Shown here: piece by piece, positions 34,392 to 44,898 of the stretch | Layout: each line of letters starts with the position of its first letter | Numbering within the stretch: the first letter of the stretch is position 1 | Source: Candidatus Multivoradales bacterium | GTDB taxonomy: Bacteria > Acidobacteriota > Thermoanaerobaculia > Multivoradales > J023 | Assembly: GCA_965248925.1 (NCBI GenBank) | Contig: CBDFLE010000006.1 | Span: 4,800,001-4,864,000 of the forward strand | Length of the DNA: 64,000 bases | Direction: 5' to 3' | Position numbers and translations under genes: made by a program | Notes under the pieces: generated by a model | Told to the model about the DNA's origin: nothing | Databases searched by the model: none | The model's input: the letters and a program-made list of their open reading frames with translations, nothing else

Positions 34392-37300
34392 TTGCACTTG
34401 GTGATCCTGAATGTGAGTGATTCCGCGATATCTCCTCCTCGGCAGTCCATAGTTTCGCTAGTCGAGTCAATCCTGGCCGAGCCACGCCTTGCTGGCGAGG
34501 TCGTGCATCACGAGAAGCTGCCGGCGAGCCCGGCGAAGTTCGGTGCGGTGGAGCTGGCAGCGCCGCTGCGCCGGGCTTTGGCCAGCCGCGGAATCGACCG
34601 CCTATGGAGCCACCAAGCGGCGGCGATTGCTGCTGTTGAGCGGGCGCAAGACGTGTTGGTGACGACGCCGACGGCCTCTGGCAAGTCGCTGATCTTTCAG
34701 CTGCCAGTGTTGAGTGAAGCCGTTGCGGGCGGTGCGGGCAGAGCGCTGTTTCTTTTTCCCCTCAAGGCTCTCGGCCAGGATCAGAAAGTCAAATTCGACG
34801 AGTTGCGCCAGGCCGCCGGGCTGACCGAGGAGCAGGCCGGTTGCGAGATCTACGACGGCGACACCAAGGCCAAGCGGCGGACCGAGATCCGCCGCCGGCC
34901 GCCGCGGGTAGTGGTGACCAACCCGGACATGCTGCATCTTGGGCTGCTGGCCCACGCCGACAGTTGGTGGCCGTTTTTCTCCCAGCTGCGCTTCTTGGTA
35001 CTCGATGAACTGCACACCTACCGCGGGGTGTTCGGCAGCCATTTTCATCATGTTCTCCAGCGACTGTTCCGGATTTGTCGGGCGGCAGGCTCCAACCCAC
35101 GGGTGATCGCCTCTTCAGCCACCGCTGCCGGTGCTGGTGAATTCGCCACGGCGTTGGTCGACCGCCCTTTTCGCCATCTCGAACAGTCGGGAGCGCCGCG
35201 AGCGGAACGTCATTTCTTGTTGCTCAAGCCCCGGCGCAGCCCTTACACCAGCACCCTGGAATTGCTGGTCATGCTGTTGCGGGCCGGTCTCAAGACCATC
35301 GTCTTCACCAAGGCGCGGCGAATCACTGAGTTGCTCTACACCTGGCTGCGCGAACAGCAACCCAAGCTGGCGCGACGGGTGTCGAGCTATCGCTCTGGTT
35401 TCCTGGCTGGAGAACGTCGGCGCATCGAGCGGCGCTTGGCCACCGGTCGTTTGGATGGGGTGATCTCGACCTCGGCGCTGGAGATGGGGATTGATATCGG
35501 TGGCTTGGACGCTTGCCTGTTGGTCGGCTATCCGGGCAGCGTGATGGCGACTTGGCAGCGATCCGGCCGTGCCGGGCGCCAGGACCGCCCCTCGTTGACC
35601 GTGCTGGTGGCGCTGCCCGATGCCCTCGATCAGTATTTTCTTGAGCACCCGCGGCAGCTGTTGCAGCGCCCTTGCGAGTGCTTGGTGGTCGATCCGGACA
35701 ATGAGCAAGTCAGCCGCCTGCATCTGCTGTGCGCCGCCGCCGAGCGACCGCTGGACTGCACCGTGGATGCTGATTATCTGGCTCGCCACGCGCCGGCTGC
35801 TGGCGGTCTACTGATCGACGGTGAGTTGCTCGAGGGGGAAAGGGGAGCGGAACTCTTCGCCGCCGCCAGCCGGCCCCACCGCCACGTTCAGCTTCGTGGC
35901 GGCGGCGGTAGCTTTCACATTGTCGACGCGGCGAGTGGGCGGCGGGTGGGCACTGTGGGTGGCAGCCGAGCCTTGCACGAGTGCCACCCCGGAGCGATCT
36001 ACCTGCACGCCGGCCGCCAGTATCTGGTTCGCGAACTCGATCTCGAGGCGCGGCGGGCGCGGGTTGAGCGGGTGTCCGAGGACTACTTCACCAGCCCTCT
36101 GACAGAAAAGGAAACCGAGATTCTGGAAGTTCTGGAGCGCCGCGAGGACGGTCTCCTGCACGCTTGGCTGGTGCGGCTCGAAGTCACCGAAAAAGTGGTG
36201 GGTTGGGAGCGCAAGCGCCTGCACGGCCAGCAGGTGCTCGACCGTCACCCGTTGCAGTTGCCGGAAAGTACCTTCGAAACCGTCGGTTTGGTGTGGGCGG
36301 CGCCGCGGCCGCTAGAGGAAGAGCTGCGGCGGGCAGGCCACCCTTTGCTCGGCTCACTCCATGCCGTCGAGCATGCTTCGATCGCCCTGATGCCGTCGCT
36401 GGTGTTGGCCGATCGCAACGATATTGGCGGCATCTCGTTTCCTTTTCATCCCCAAGTTGGCTGTGGAGCGGTATTCATCTACGACGGTCACCCCGGAGGG
36501 ATTGGCCTGAGCCGCCGCGCCTTCGACGACCTGCCCGAGCTGCTGCGACGGGTCGGAAGCCTGTTGGCGAGCTGCGAGTGCGAGGCCGGTTGTCCCTCCT
36601 GCGTGCAATCGCCGAAGTGTGGCAATGGTAATCGGCCCTTGGACAAGAGGGGAGCCCTGGCGGCTCTGAGGATGTTGCTCGGTGAGCTGCCCCTGGCCTT
36701 GCCGGCGGCGCGGCCCGACTGGGTTAGCGTAGCGCCAGCAGAGGAAGTCCGCGGCGGTCGAGCTTCGCGGCGAGTGGCACGGATGCAAGTGACGGGTAAG
36801 CCCCTGGTGGCCGGGGGCGAGGGGGCGGTAGAGCAAGCCTCGGTGCCAGCGCCACCCGCGGCTCGCCAGCACCAGCGCCAGGTGCTGAATACCGCTTTGT
36901 TCGATCTCGAAACCCTGCGCTCGGCGGCTGATGTGGGTGGGTGGGGCAATTGCCACCGCATGGGGGTGGCGGTGGGAGTGGTTCTGCAGCTCGAAGAAGG
37001 CCGCTTCGAGGTCTACTACGAGGACGATGTGGAGTCGCTAGTGCAGTCGTTGGCGGCTGCCGACTTGGTGGTGGGTTTCAATGTCGAGCGCTTCGACTAT
37101 CGGGTACTCAAGGGCTACACCGGCGTTGACTATGGGCGCCAATGGCCGACCCTGGACCTGTGTTCGGACATCCACCGTCGCCTCGGTCGCCGCATCGGTC
37201 TCGGGCATCTGGTGCAGGCGACCCTGGGACTGACTAAATCGGCCGATGGATTGCAAAGCCTGGAGTGGGTCCAGCAAGGGCGGTTCGATCTGGTCGAGGC

Positions 37301-37421
37301 TTACTGCCGGCGTGACGTCGAGGTGATGCGCGACCTCTTCCTATTCGGTCGCCGGGAGGGCTATGTTTGCTATCTCGATCGGGGCAGCGGACACAAAGTC
37401 CGGCTGCCGGTCGATTGGTAG
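34392..37421 (+). CDS. DEAD/DEAH helicase with DUF1998 (MrfA/YprA-like) fused to a YprB/RNase_H_2-like exonuclease
   Basis: TPTASGKS, LDELHTYRG, SAT, QRSGRAGR, CECEAGCPSC; C-terminal FDLET, GFN..RFDY, YC..DV. Confidence 0.9.
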   Translation: MHLVILNVSDSAISPPRQSIVSLVESILAEPRLAGEVVHHEKLPASPAKFGAVELAAPLRRALASRGIDRLWSHQAAAIAAVERAQDVLVTTPTASGKSLIFQLPVLSEAVAGGAGRALFLFPLKALGQDQKVKFDELRQAAGLTEEQAGCEIYDGDTKAKRRTEIRRRPPRVVVTNPDMLHLGLLAHADSWWPFFSQLRFLVLDELHTYRGVFGSHFHHVLQRLFRICRAAGSNPRVIASSATAAGAGEFATALVDRPFRHLEQSGAPRAERHFLLLKPRRSPYTSTLELLVMLLRAGLKTIVFTKARRITELLYTWLREQQPKLARRVSSYRSGFLAGERRRIERRLATGRLDGVISTSALEMGIDIGGLDACLLVGYPGSVMATWQRSGRAGRQDRPSLTVLVALPDALDQYFLEHPRQLLQRPCECLVVDPDNEQVSRLHLLCAAAERPLDCTVDADYLARHAPAAGGLLIDGELLEGERGAELFAAASRPHRHVQLRGGGGSFHIVDAASGRRVGTVGGSRALHECHPGAIYLHAGRQYLVRELDLEARRARVERVSEDYFTSPLTEKETEILEVLERREDGLLHAWLVRLEVTEKVVGWERKRLHGQQVLDRHPLQLPESTFETVGLVWAAPRPLEEELRRAGHPLLGSLHAVEHASIALMPSLVLADRNDIGGISFPFHPQVGCGAVFIYDGHPGGIGLSRRAFDDLPELLRRVGSLLASCECEAGCPSCVQSPKCGNGNRPLDKRGALAALRMLLGELPLALPAARPDWVSVAPAEEVRGGRASRRVARMQVTGKPLVAGGEGAVEQASVPAPPAARQHQRQVLNTALFDLETLRSAADVGGWGNCHRMGVAVGVVLQLEEGRFEVYYEDDVESLVQSLAAADLVVGFNVERFDYRVLKGYTGVDYGRQWPTLDLCSDIHRRLGRRIGLGHLVQATLGLTKSADGLQSLEWVQQGRFDLVEAYCRRDVEVMRDLFLFGRREGYVCYLDRGSGHKVRLPVDW

Positions 37422-37531
37422 AGCCTTGCCGCAGCCAGCCGTTTGCTCCGCACGCCCAGCGTAGTAAGATCCGCCCTTCGCAGGCCGGTCCGGATAGGCG
37501 GAACGCGGATCCTGCGAAACAGCAACAACAA

Positions 37532-38224
37532 ATGGCAAGCAAGCAAAGAAACATCCTGATGATCGGCGTTCGCGCCGACGAATTCGAGCATGTGGCGCCG
37601 TTTCTCGATCGGGATACCTTCGATGTCGACCGCTTTCCCAGTGCTCGCGGCTCCCTCGAATTGCTGTCGAGCATTGCTTTCGAACTGCTGATCGTCCGTT
37701 TTCCCCTCTTCGACATGGTGCTGGAAGAGTTTCTCGGCGCCGTTCGCAGCGACCAGAGCACCTGTCTCAAATCACCGATACTGCTGCTGGCCACTGACGG
37801 GCGCCAAGCTGAGGCCGAAACACTTATCGGCCGTGGGGCCAATCGGGTAGTCAGTCTGGAAGAATCCGCCACCCTGGTGCAGGGCCTAGTCTCCGAACTG
37901 CTAGCGGTGGCGCCGCGCAAGTCTGCTCGATTCATGGCCCGCCTGGAAATCCGGCTCGGCGGAGCCAAAGACATGATTCTCTGCGAGACCGAGAACCTCA
38001 GCGCCAGCGGCATGCTGATCAAGACCGACCGGCAATACGGCAAGGGTACCCGGCTGGAGTTCGAATTCACCTTGCCCAAAGAGCACCGGCCAATCGCCGG
38101 TGTTGCTGAGATTGTCCGCGTTGCCGGCTCGCTGGCCAGGGAAGCCAAAGGCATCGGGGTCCGCTTCTTAACTTTCGCCGGTGATTCTCAGCGCCGCTTC
38201 GAAACCTACCTGTCCCACATCTGA
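37532..38224 (+). CDS. Receiver-like + PilZ domain protein
   Basis: RKSARF (RxxxR) and NLSASGM (D/NxSxxG) PilZ motifs; GIGVRF. Confidence 0.8.
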   Translation: MASKQRNILMIGVRADEFEHVAPFLDRDTFDVDRFPSARGSLELLSSIAFELLIVRFPLFDMVLEEFLGAVRSDQSTCLKSPILLLATDGRQAEAETLIGRGANRVVSLEESATLVQGLVSELLAVAPRKSARFMARLEIRLGGAKDMILCETENLSASGMLIKTDRQYGKGTRLEFEFTLPKEHRPIAGVAEIVRVAGSLAREAKGIGVRFLTFAGDSQRRFETYLSHI

Positions 38225-38435
38225 ACCTACCCGCTTCCCTCGCCCGCTCTGTAGCCGCGACTGGTATGGGGGTAGTGGCCATTTCCTTCCCGGGAGAAAT
38301 TCCTGGGTGCGTGCTTATTCCCGGTTTTACTAGTCCGTCTCCGAGCACCAGGGTCACCCGGAGACGGCGTCGCAAACGGGTGAAAAATAAGGACTTGGAG
38401 GTTTTTTCGAGAATTTCACCAAGGTTTACTGCGGT

Positions 38436-38451
38436 TGGTACGGGCCATGCA
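38436..38451 (+). promoter_or_regulatory. Candidate sigma54 (-24/-12) promoter
   Basis: TGGTACGGGCCATGCA: GG-N10-GC spacing, preceded by an AT-rich tract. Confidence 0.5.
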
Positions 38452-38815
38452 ATAGATCCCTGTTGTCTGAAGAACGAGCCCAGAGTAGGGAGAGCGCGGC
38501 GAGTGGAAGAGAGAGGAGAGGGGCTCGTTCCAAGACACAGACCGTCAATAGTCTAGAGAGTTTGGCGGCCATCGTTGCGGGTCTGAATCGCCGGGAGAGA
38601 TGTTGAGAGCGGGAATGGCGGTTTTTCTTGCGATGGTGGTCGCCAGCTTCTTCAGAGTTCCCTTTGACCGCACTGCCCCCTGCATCCCCTGTAGGTCAAG
38701 AGGTAGGTGCGGTACTTTTTTGCCCACTTGAGAATCGAAGTCAGCCGAGGGGCTGGCGGCGCTCCCCAGTGAATCTCAATCGCCAGCCGCCGACTGTGGC
38801 TTGAAGGTGTTTGGC

Positions 38816-39529
38816 TCAGCGATCCTGATGCAGCGTACGGAGAAGTCGCTCGGCGTAGCGATAGCGCCCACGGGCGGCAGCCCAAGGGTTGCCGGAACCG
38901 AGGAAGATCGGCACCTGAGCGGTGAAGAAGCGCTGCACAACTGGCAGCGAGGGACAACGGTGGCGCTCATTGATTAGTAACGCGGAACCGGAAAGCTCCG
39001 TCGAATCGACGAGCAGATCGAGCAATTCATCCCCCAAGCTATCTTCTGCAATTCCTAGGGCCTCGAGATTGCAGAAGAGATCGGCGAGGATGACGTTGCG
39101 ATAGCGCTTCATCGCCCGCACGGCGGCGATCAGGCTGATCTGCAGGAGATGGAGCGGATGGAACGGCCCGCCGCCGGTCAAATCGCTAACCTGCCGGCTG
39201 CCATAGGTCTGGCTGCCCAGCACCAGGCGACGGGTTGAGAGCAGGAGGAAGTCGACTTCCTTCTGCTCGATCGGTAGGTCGATCCGACCTTGCTCGTCGG
39301 CGACCTCGACCAGCAGGCCACTGTAAAGTTCGGCCGTAGCCCAAGTAGCCGCCTGTTTGATCTCCTGCAACCAGAGGCGCAACTCCTCCTGATGCTGGCT
39401 GGCTGGCCGCACGCAGCACACTCGCTCGAGCCCTTGATCGGCTACCTGGCGAATGAGCTCGCGGACCGACCCAGGAGTTCCCGAGTCCAGCACCAGCATG
39501 TCTTCCTTGGTCGTCAGTAGCCCGGTCAT
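38816..39529 (-). CDS. Degenerate PHP-domain-like protein
   Basis: GLERVCC, G.IDLP, INERHRCPS, IFLGSG resemble a PHP fold with the metal-binding His residues lost. Confidence 0.5.
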   Translation of the reverse strand: MTGLLTTKEDMLVLDSGTPGSVRELIRQVADQGLERVCCVRPASQHQEELRLWLQEIKQAATWATAELYSGLLVEVADEQGRIDLPIEQKEVDFLLLSTRRLVLGSQTYGSRQVSDLTGGGPFHPLHLLQISLIAAVRAMKRYRNVILADLFCNLEALGIAEDSLGDELLDLLVDSTELSGSALLINERHRCPSLPVVQRFFTAQVPIFLGSGNPWAAARGRYRYAERLLRTLHQDR

Positions 39530-39813
39530 TGAGACTTCCGGAAGCGATGAACGTTGTTCGCGACGGTCGCATCGAGGGGCGACATGTAGGGTTCGCTGAT
39601 CGAGGAACCGGGCAGCTTGCAGGAGCTTTCCGGGCGACCGAAGATCCCTGCACCGAGTGGATCCAGGTAGAATCCAGCTCCCGCCCAGGAGGGATTAGCC
39701 TTGCATTTGGGGTTGGGCAGACTTAGAACCAAGCCGATCTCATCGCACTGAAGACCCCGCTCCCTCTCCTGCTCGGCGGCCAGCTGGAGGGGGCGGTCTT
39801 GGGCGAATCGCAT
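39526..39813 (-). CDS. Hypothetical protein
   Basis: GAGGA before ATG; ATGA overlap with the downstream gene. Confidence 0.3.
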   Translation of the reverse strand: MRFAQDRPLQLAAEQERERGLQCDEIGLVLSLPNPKCKANPSWAGAGFYLDPLGAGIFGRPESSCKLPGSSISEPYMSPLDATVANNVHRFRKSQ

Positions 39814-40038
39814 CCGATCCTCGACGCAACAGGTCCAGGAAGCCCTCCCTTTCGCCGCGGGTCGCTGACCTTCGATTAATTGTTGTACTGAGTATATATG
39901 TTTTCAGTGAGAGAATCCCCTACTCCTATGAGAAGCATGAGGCTGTTTGTTCGTCGGCTGCCGAGCGGCGGGTTACAATTCCCGCCTCAGCTGCCGAGGA
40001 AAACTTCGACACCGCTACCCTAAGAGGTCCACCGTCCG

Positions 40039-41619
40039 ATGCGACACTGCTTGTTCCCACCCAGGTTGGCGGCATCTTCGCGGCTGCTTCGCCACTGCGG
40101 CAGGCCCCTGCACCGCGCCGTGGCTCTCTATGCGACAGTGCTGTGCGCCGCTGCCATCTGCTGCCAAAGCGGCGCGCTGGCTGATGTCCGCAGCCCTCCC
40201 TTCGAAGTCGAGCTCGAGGCGGTCGGCCTGATCCTCGAGCTGGTGCTGGCGGATGTCGAAATCGTGGTGCGGCCGGGAGCGCCTATATCACTGCGATTTC
40301 TAGCCACCGATTCCGGGCCAGCAGTGCCCAAGGTAGAACTCCGCCGCGAGGGTGCGGGTTGGTGGGTGGGCCGGGCCGCAGATGATCCGGCCCCAGCCAC
40401 CGAGTTGCGGCTGCAAGCCACCCTGCCGGATGGCCGCGGTTTGCGGTTGCATGGCGAGGGTTTGCGGCTGAGTTTGAGTCGCCAACAGGTCGAGCCGCAG
40501 ACCTCGACTGCGGAGGATGAAGAAGAGCAGGCGAAGAAGAACGCAGCGGAGGAGGAGCCCTCGGCCGCCGAGGTCCTGTTCGTTGCCGTGGCTCCAGGAC
40601 CTCCAAGACTGCCTCTAGAGCTCGATCTATTTGGCTCCGTGGCGAGCCTCACCAACTTGAACGAAGTCGACTTGCAGGCCGAAGAAAGCGATGTAGTGGC
40701 CACTGGCGGCCGGGGCAAGCTCGACGCGGCGCTGATTTCCTCGACTCTGGCGATCAGCGAGACCCGAGCCGAGATCGCGCTGCAAGCGCAAGGGTCGGAT
40801 ATCACGGTGGTCTCCTCCCGCGGCGAACTGAGGATCGAGTTGCGAGGTTCGAGCCTGGTGGCCGAGCACCAAGGGAGAATCCAAGGTCAAGTCGAAGACA
40901 GCTTCGTACGCTTGAGCGAAGGGCTAGGGCGGGTCGAGCTACGCGGCTCGGGAAGCACTGTCGAAATGCGTCAGGCCAAGTACGGTCAAGTGCGGCTGCA
41001 AGGTACGGATTTGGTGGTCCATGGCGATGATCTCACCGCCTCGCTCGACGTTTCCCTGGTCGGTGGCAGCTTGACCTTGACCGGCTGTACAGGAGCCGCC
41101 AAAGTGGTCGGCCAAGGTGGCCTAGAATTTCAGCTCGAAGGATGGCAGGGTGGCGTCGAGCTGGGGCTCAGCGAAGATTCCAGCGCGCACCTGCAGGGGA
41201 TTCGTGGCCTGATCAAAGCGCAGTTGGAAGATGCATTTTTCGAACTCAGCGACAGCAATGAGCTGGATCTTTCAGCCCTGCGCTCACAGGTCTCGGTTAG
41301 CGATCTGCGGCGCTTGCGCCGGCTGGTGGCTACCGACAGCCAGCTCGAATTGGATTTGACCGGCTTGCGCCACAACCCGACTCTGGTCTTGCAAGGAGCC
41401 AGCGAGGCCAAAGTCGAGCTGGACTATCCCTGTGCTGTGCGCCTGGCCGGTGGCGACGAGACCTTCGATGGACGTCTGCGCGCTTCTGGCTGTGGTCTCG
41501 ACAATGCAGCCCACGGTCGCAGCCGTTTTGATCGCTTCGGGCTGGACGGGCAACGAACAGTGCGGATGAGCGTGGCCTTGAGTTCTGAGAGCAGCTTGAA
41601 AATCGAATCTTCCCAATGA
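40039..41619 (+). CDS. Exported beta-strand repeat protein (DUF4097/adhesin-like)
   Basis: Signal-like N-terminus; long repetitive G.l.l...gs.l beta-helix pattern. Confidence 0.5.
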   Translation: MRHCLFPPRLAASSRLLRHCGRPLHRAVALYATVLCAAAICCQSGALADVRSPPFEVELEAVGLILELVLADVEIVVRPGAPISLRFLATDSGPAVPKVELRREGAGWWVGRAADDPAPATELRLQATLPDGRGLRLHGEGLRLSLSRQQVEPQTSTAEDEEEQAKKNAAEEEPSAAEVLFVAVAPGPPRLPLELDLFGSVASLTNLNEVDLQAEESDVVATGGRGKLDAALISSTLAISETRAEIALQAQGSDITVVSSRGELRIELRGSSLVAEHQGRIQGQVEDSFVRLSEGLGRVELRGSGSTVEMRQAKYGQVRLQGTDLVVHGDDLTASLDVSLVGGSLTLTGCTGAAKVVGQGGLEFQLEGWQGGVELGLSEDSSAHLQGIRGLIKAQLEDAFFELSDSNELDLSALRSQVSVSDLRRLRRLVATDSQLELDLTGLRHNPTLVLQGASEAKVELDYPCAVRLAGGDETFDGRLRASGCGLDNAAHGRSRFDRFGLDGQRTVRMSVALSSESSLKIESSQ

Positions 41620-41811
41620 AGTGAGCCTCCCTCCCAGCTCCGGCCAGATACAAGAGTAGAAACCCCTTGGAATCAGTGAATTAGTAGGTGGAAGTGAGGT
41701 CATTTTGTGTTGGACTTACGCTTTATTTACGCCTATACTTTGAAATCCATTTGCGGTTCCGGGCAGCCATGGAGCTCGGTCGCAGTCATGTAGGACCAGG
41801 AGGAACTTGTC

Positions 41812-42219
41812 GTGCAAACTGCAGAGGTTGGAAAAGAACTCGTCGCCTTGTGTGTCGAAGGACGCTTCTTGGAAGCGGTCGACAGGCTCTATGCCTCGGA
41901 AGTGGTCAGTCAGGAACCCACGGCGACGGAAGGTCGGCCGCTGCGGGTGCAAGGGAAGCGGGCGGTGCGGGGCAAGAACGCTGCCTGGATGGCGGAGCAC
42001 GAGATCCTCATCGCGCGCATCGAAGGCCCATTTCTAGCCTCGGGAGGCGATTTGTTCGCGGTCTACTTCTACTTTGACGTGACTCACCGGCGAAGCGGCC
42101 AACGCCGCCAAGCAGCGGAGATTGGTCTCTACACGGTGGCGGACGGGGTGGTCATCTGCGAGCAGTTCTTGGCCGACAGCAGCCGCAAGCCCTCGACCCA
42201 CGGTTTTCCGCCTTCTTGA
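41812..42219 (+). CDS. SnoaL/NTF2-like family protein
   Basis: LVALC.EG...EA...LYA..VVSQEP, EGPF, EIGLYTV.DG....EQF; strong RBS AGGAGG. Confidence 0.8.
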   Translation: MQTAEVGKELVALCVEGRFLEAVDRLYASEVVSQEPTATEGRPLRVQGKRAVRGKNAAWMAEHEILIARIEGPFLASGGDLFAVYFYFDVTHRRSGQRRQAAEIGLYTVADGVVICEQFLADSSRKPSTHGFPPS

Positions 42220-42918
42220 GGGATGGCCCTTACTACTGTGACAGCGGCTCGCTTGCCTCTCCCCTTTTGAGAATTTGCCTGTGCCAAGGGTGAAGCGGTA
42301 GAGACTAGGCGCGTCTTTTCCAATCACTTTTTGGCTTGAGTTAGCGGTCAATCACGCGCGGAAGTGTAATTCTCCCGAGACCTGAGTGAATTCAGGGATC
42401 GGGCGCGGGCTGCTGTGCTTACTCGTGCCGAGTTCCGCACTTCGAGAGATCGGCTAGGGTCTTGCCGCCAACTTTGGTAGTTGGGCGTCGCCAATCTCCT
42501 CAGACGAGGAAATGCTCAACAAGGCGCTGAGTCGGAGCCTAGGTTTTGTGAAAGGAGAAGATGTTCGCCTGGCAGAGATTGTGCTTCTGCTTGGAATCGA
42601 GTGAAACTCAGGATCAGCGGGCGGAGGTTTTCGAGTCCCTCCACCCGCTCGAATGTCGGAGTGCCGGCGAGCCGGTAGCCTGCCCGGTGCGAGGGGAACC
42701 TGTTAAGCGATCCCCGTGCCTGGCCTTGGTCACCCTCTTGCGGCTGTTGCTGTTCTATGGATTGCAGCGGTGGATGGATTCTCGCCATACCGCGAGAAAA
42801 TCTGCCCCTGGGCCCTCCTCCTGAACCTGAAGCTATTTGAATTCTGCTCGGAGCACCGATGCTCCGACTTCAGCAGCCCGTGCTTGCCGCGCGGGTTCGG
42901 CCTTGAAAGGAGTCGCTT

Positions 42919-43740
42919 ATGGTTCTTGCAAGGAGCCTGGCTGGCGGAGGAAGCCGTCGGGGTATTGTCGCGGGTTTGTTTCAGGCATTGGTCTTGGGGT
43001 TGGTTTTGCCGTTGGCGGCAGAAACGGGTGCCGAGGAGCTGCCGATTAGGCCACGGGATCGGGCGGCGGCCGAGGCTTGGTGGGTGATGATGGAGAATAT
43101 GGGGGCCATTCCCCAGGGTTCTCCGGTTCTTGAAGCCCTGCGTCGCCGCGGCGTTGAGCCAGCGCCGATGCGCCAACTCGACACCCACGATGGTCCAGGC
43201 CATCAACAGCATGCAGAGCGCTAACCCGAGGTGCGAGTGTGGAGTGAGCGAGAGTACATCGAGCATTACAGCCGGCTCGGTACGACGCCGCCCGCCGACG
43301 GTTATCAGGCCTACCTCCTGCGGGCCAATGCGGGCGCGGGCGGCGCGGCGGACGCCGTCGCTAGTGCCCACGAGGGACACTAATTCCCGCTGGATGATGC
43401 GGACCGCATGGGCCGGATGGCAGCCGACTTTGGCATGTCAGGGGCGAAGGCCAAGCGCGGCCGGACCGAGGCTTCGCCGGCGGTCGAGATGGTGATCTCG
43501 CGCCATGGCGAGCCAGGTTTCCGACCCAAGTCGAACACTACCAGCACGCAGGCCGGACAGATTGGTCTGAGCAAGACCAAGGTCTACCATGTGGTCGCCA
43601 TTCGCAAGGATGTCGCTTACACCCGCTTTGGCGATCACGATCCGGAGGGGGCCCTCTTCGTGCTGGCAGAGGACTAGGCGCGGGTCGAGGCTCGTCGCGG
43701 TTTCGAGTGTGGTCATGATCCGTTGTTCTTCGGCTCTCGC
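42919..43740 (+). pseudogene. Decayed exported protein with a multicopper-oxidase (MnxG-like) fragment
   Basis: GAAAGGAG RBS and signal peptide at 42919; in-frame stops at 43381 and 43675; KVYHVVAIRKDVAYTRFGDHDPEGALFVLAED. Confidence 0.45.
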
Positions 43741-43746
43741 ATTGAT

Positions 43747-44894
43747 TCCAGAACTCCTGACATTCCCTTTTTCTCAAATGTCCGGTTGAGCCTCTCCGGA
43801 GGTGTTCCGAGGGCCTGGGAAGGCCAGGCTCCGGGGTGGCGCTGGCTTGATCGCGAACCGCATCCGTAGCTCGGTGCCGGGGAACTGGGTGGCGGTAGCG
43901 TTGAGTTCTTCGCCGCCGGCCGCGAAAGCGCTTTGGATCAGGGTGCGTCCCTCCTGCTCGCTGCGGCGGTAGTGGGGTGATAGGAGCCGCAGAAGATCAC
44001 CTGCGGCCTGGTAGGCAACCATCTTGAGAATATCGGTGAGGTGCTTGCGCTCGACCGACAGCTTGATGACATCCGCTTCGACGACCTCCTGGACCGGGAC
44101 GCGGACAGGGAGGGTCGCGCGCTGGTTCTTGAGTTCGGTGATCTGCTCTATCGCTGCCCGGACCCTGGCGGAGGTTGCTGCGTTGGCGATCTTGAATCCA
44201 CGCATCGTAGGCCGCCGATCCTCTCGGTTCTCGAGAGCTGCGATCCCGCAATGGGCCTGGATCTGCTCGAGGTGCGCTTTGGCTTTACGCAGCTCTGCGT
44301 TGATCTTGCTGCGCTCGGGGTTCGGCACCTCGCGGGCAGCATCTGCCGGCTCGGTGCCGTAGTCCACCAGCGCATCGAGGGCGAATTCTTCGCGCAGTCG
44401 GTTGCCAGGCCATGCGCTGCGAGCCGAGCAAGCTTGTTGCGCAAGGTTTTCACCTCCGGCGCTCGGTCGAGCCCGAGAGCTTGACCCAGATACCGGGGTG
44501 AGTGCTCCTTGAGCCCTTCGGGGCGCTTGATCCGCAACAGTGCCATCAGCAGCAGGGTTACCAGAGTGGTGCGCAGCCCATAGAAGGCTGGCCCGATGCT
44601 GCCGTACAGCTCGCGCGCGATGGCAAGCACGCCGCTGTCCACCAGGGCGGGCATCGCTAGCAGAACACCAAGGCCCGTGAGTTGCCTCGCCGCGCCAAAG
44701 ATCGGCGGCGCGTCCTCGAGGAATCCCAACCACCCCAGCAGCCGGTCGCCAGCGCGATTCGCCGGATCGAGGTCCAGCGAGAAGGGAACCTGAGCTTGCT
44801 CGGGCGCCGAAGCGGACAGGTTTGGGTCCGCCCCTCGTCTGAGGGCGGTCCCGTGTTTTCAGAGGGTTAGGAGGGGTGGGTCAGGAGGTCTGGA
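43747..44894 (-). mobile_element. Internally deleted insertion sequence with terminal inverted repeats
   Basis: TCCAGAACTCCTGAC (43747-43761) vs reverse complement of 44880-44894, TCCAGACCTCCTGAC (14/15); transposase fragments GLDRAPEVKTLR and FALDALVDY...KMVAYQA in two frames. Confidence 0.8.
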
Positions 44895-44898
44895 GTCG

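Noticed and set aside
42730-43380. 216-aa minus-strand ORF
   Set aside because: No recognisable motifs; the + strand has an RBS, signal peptide and oxidase-like fragment
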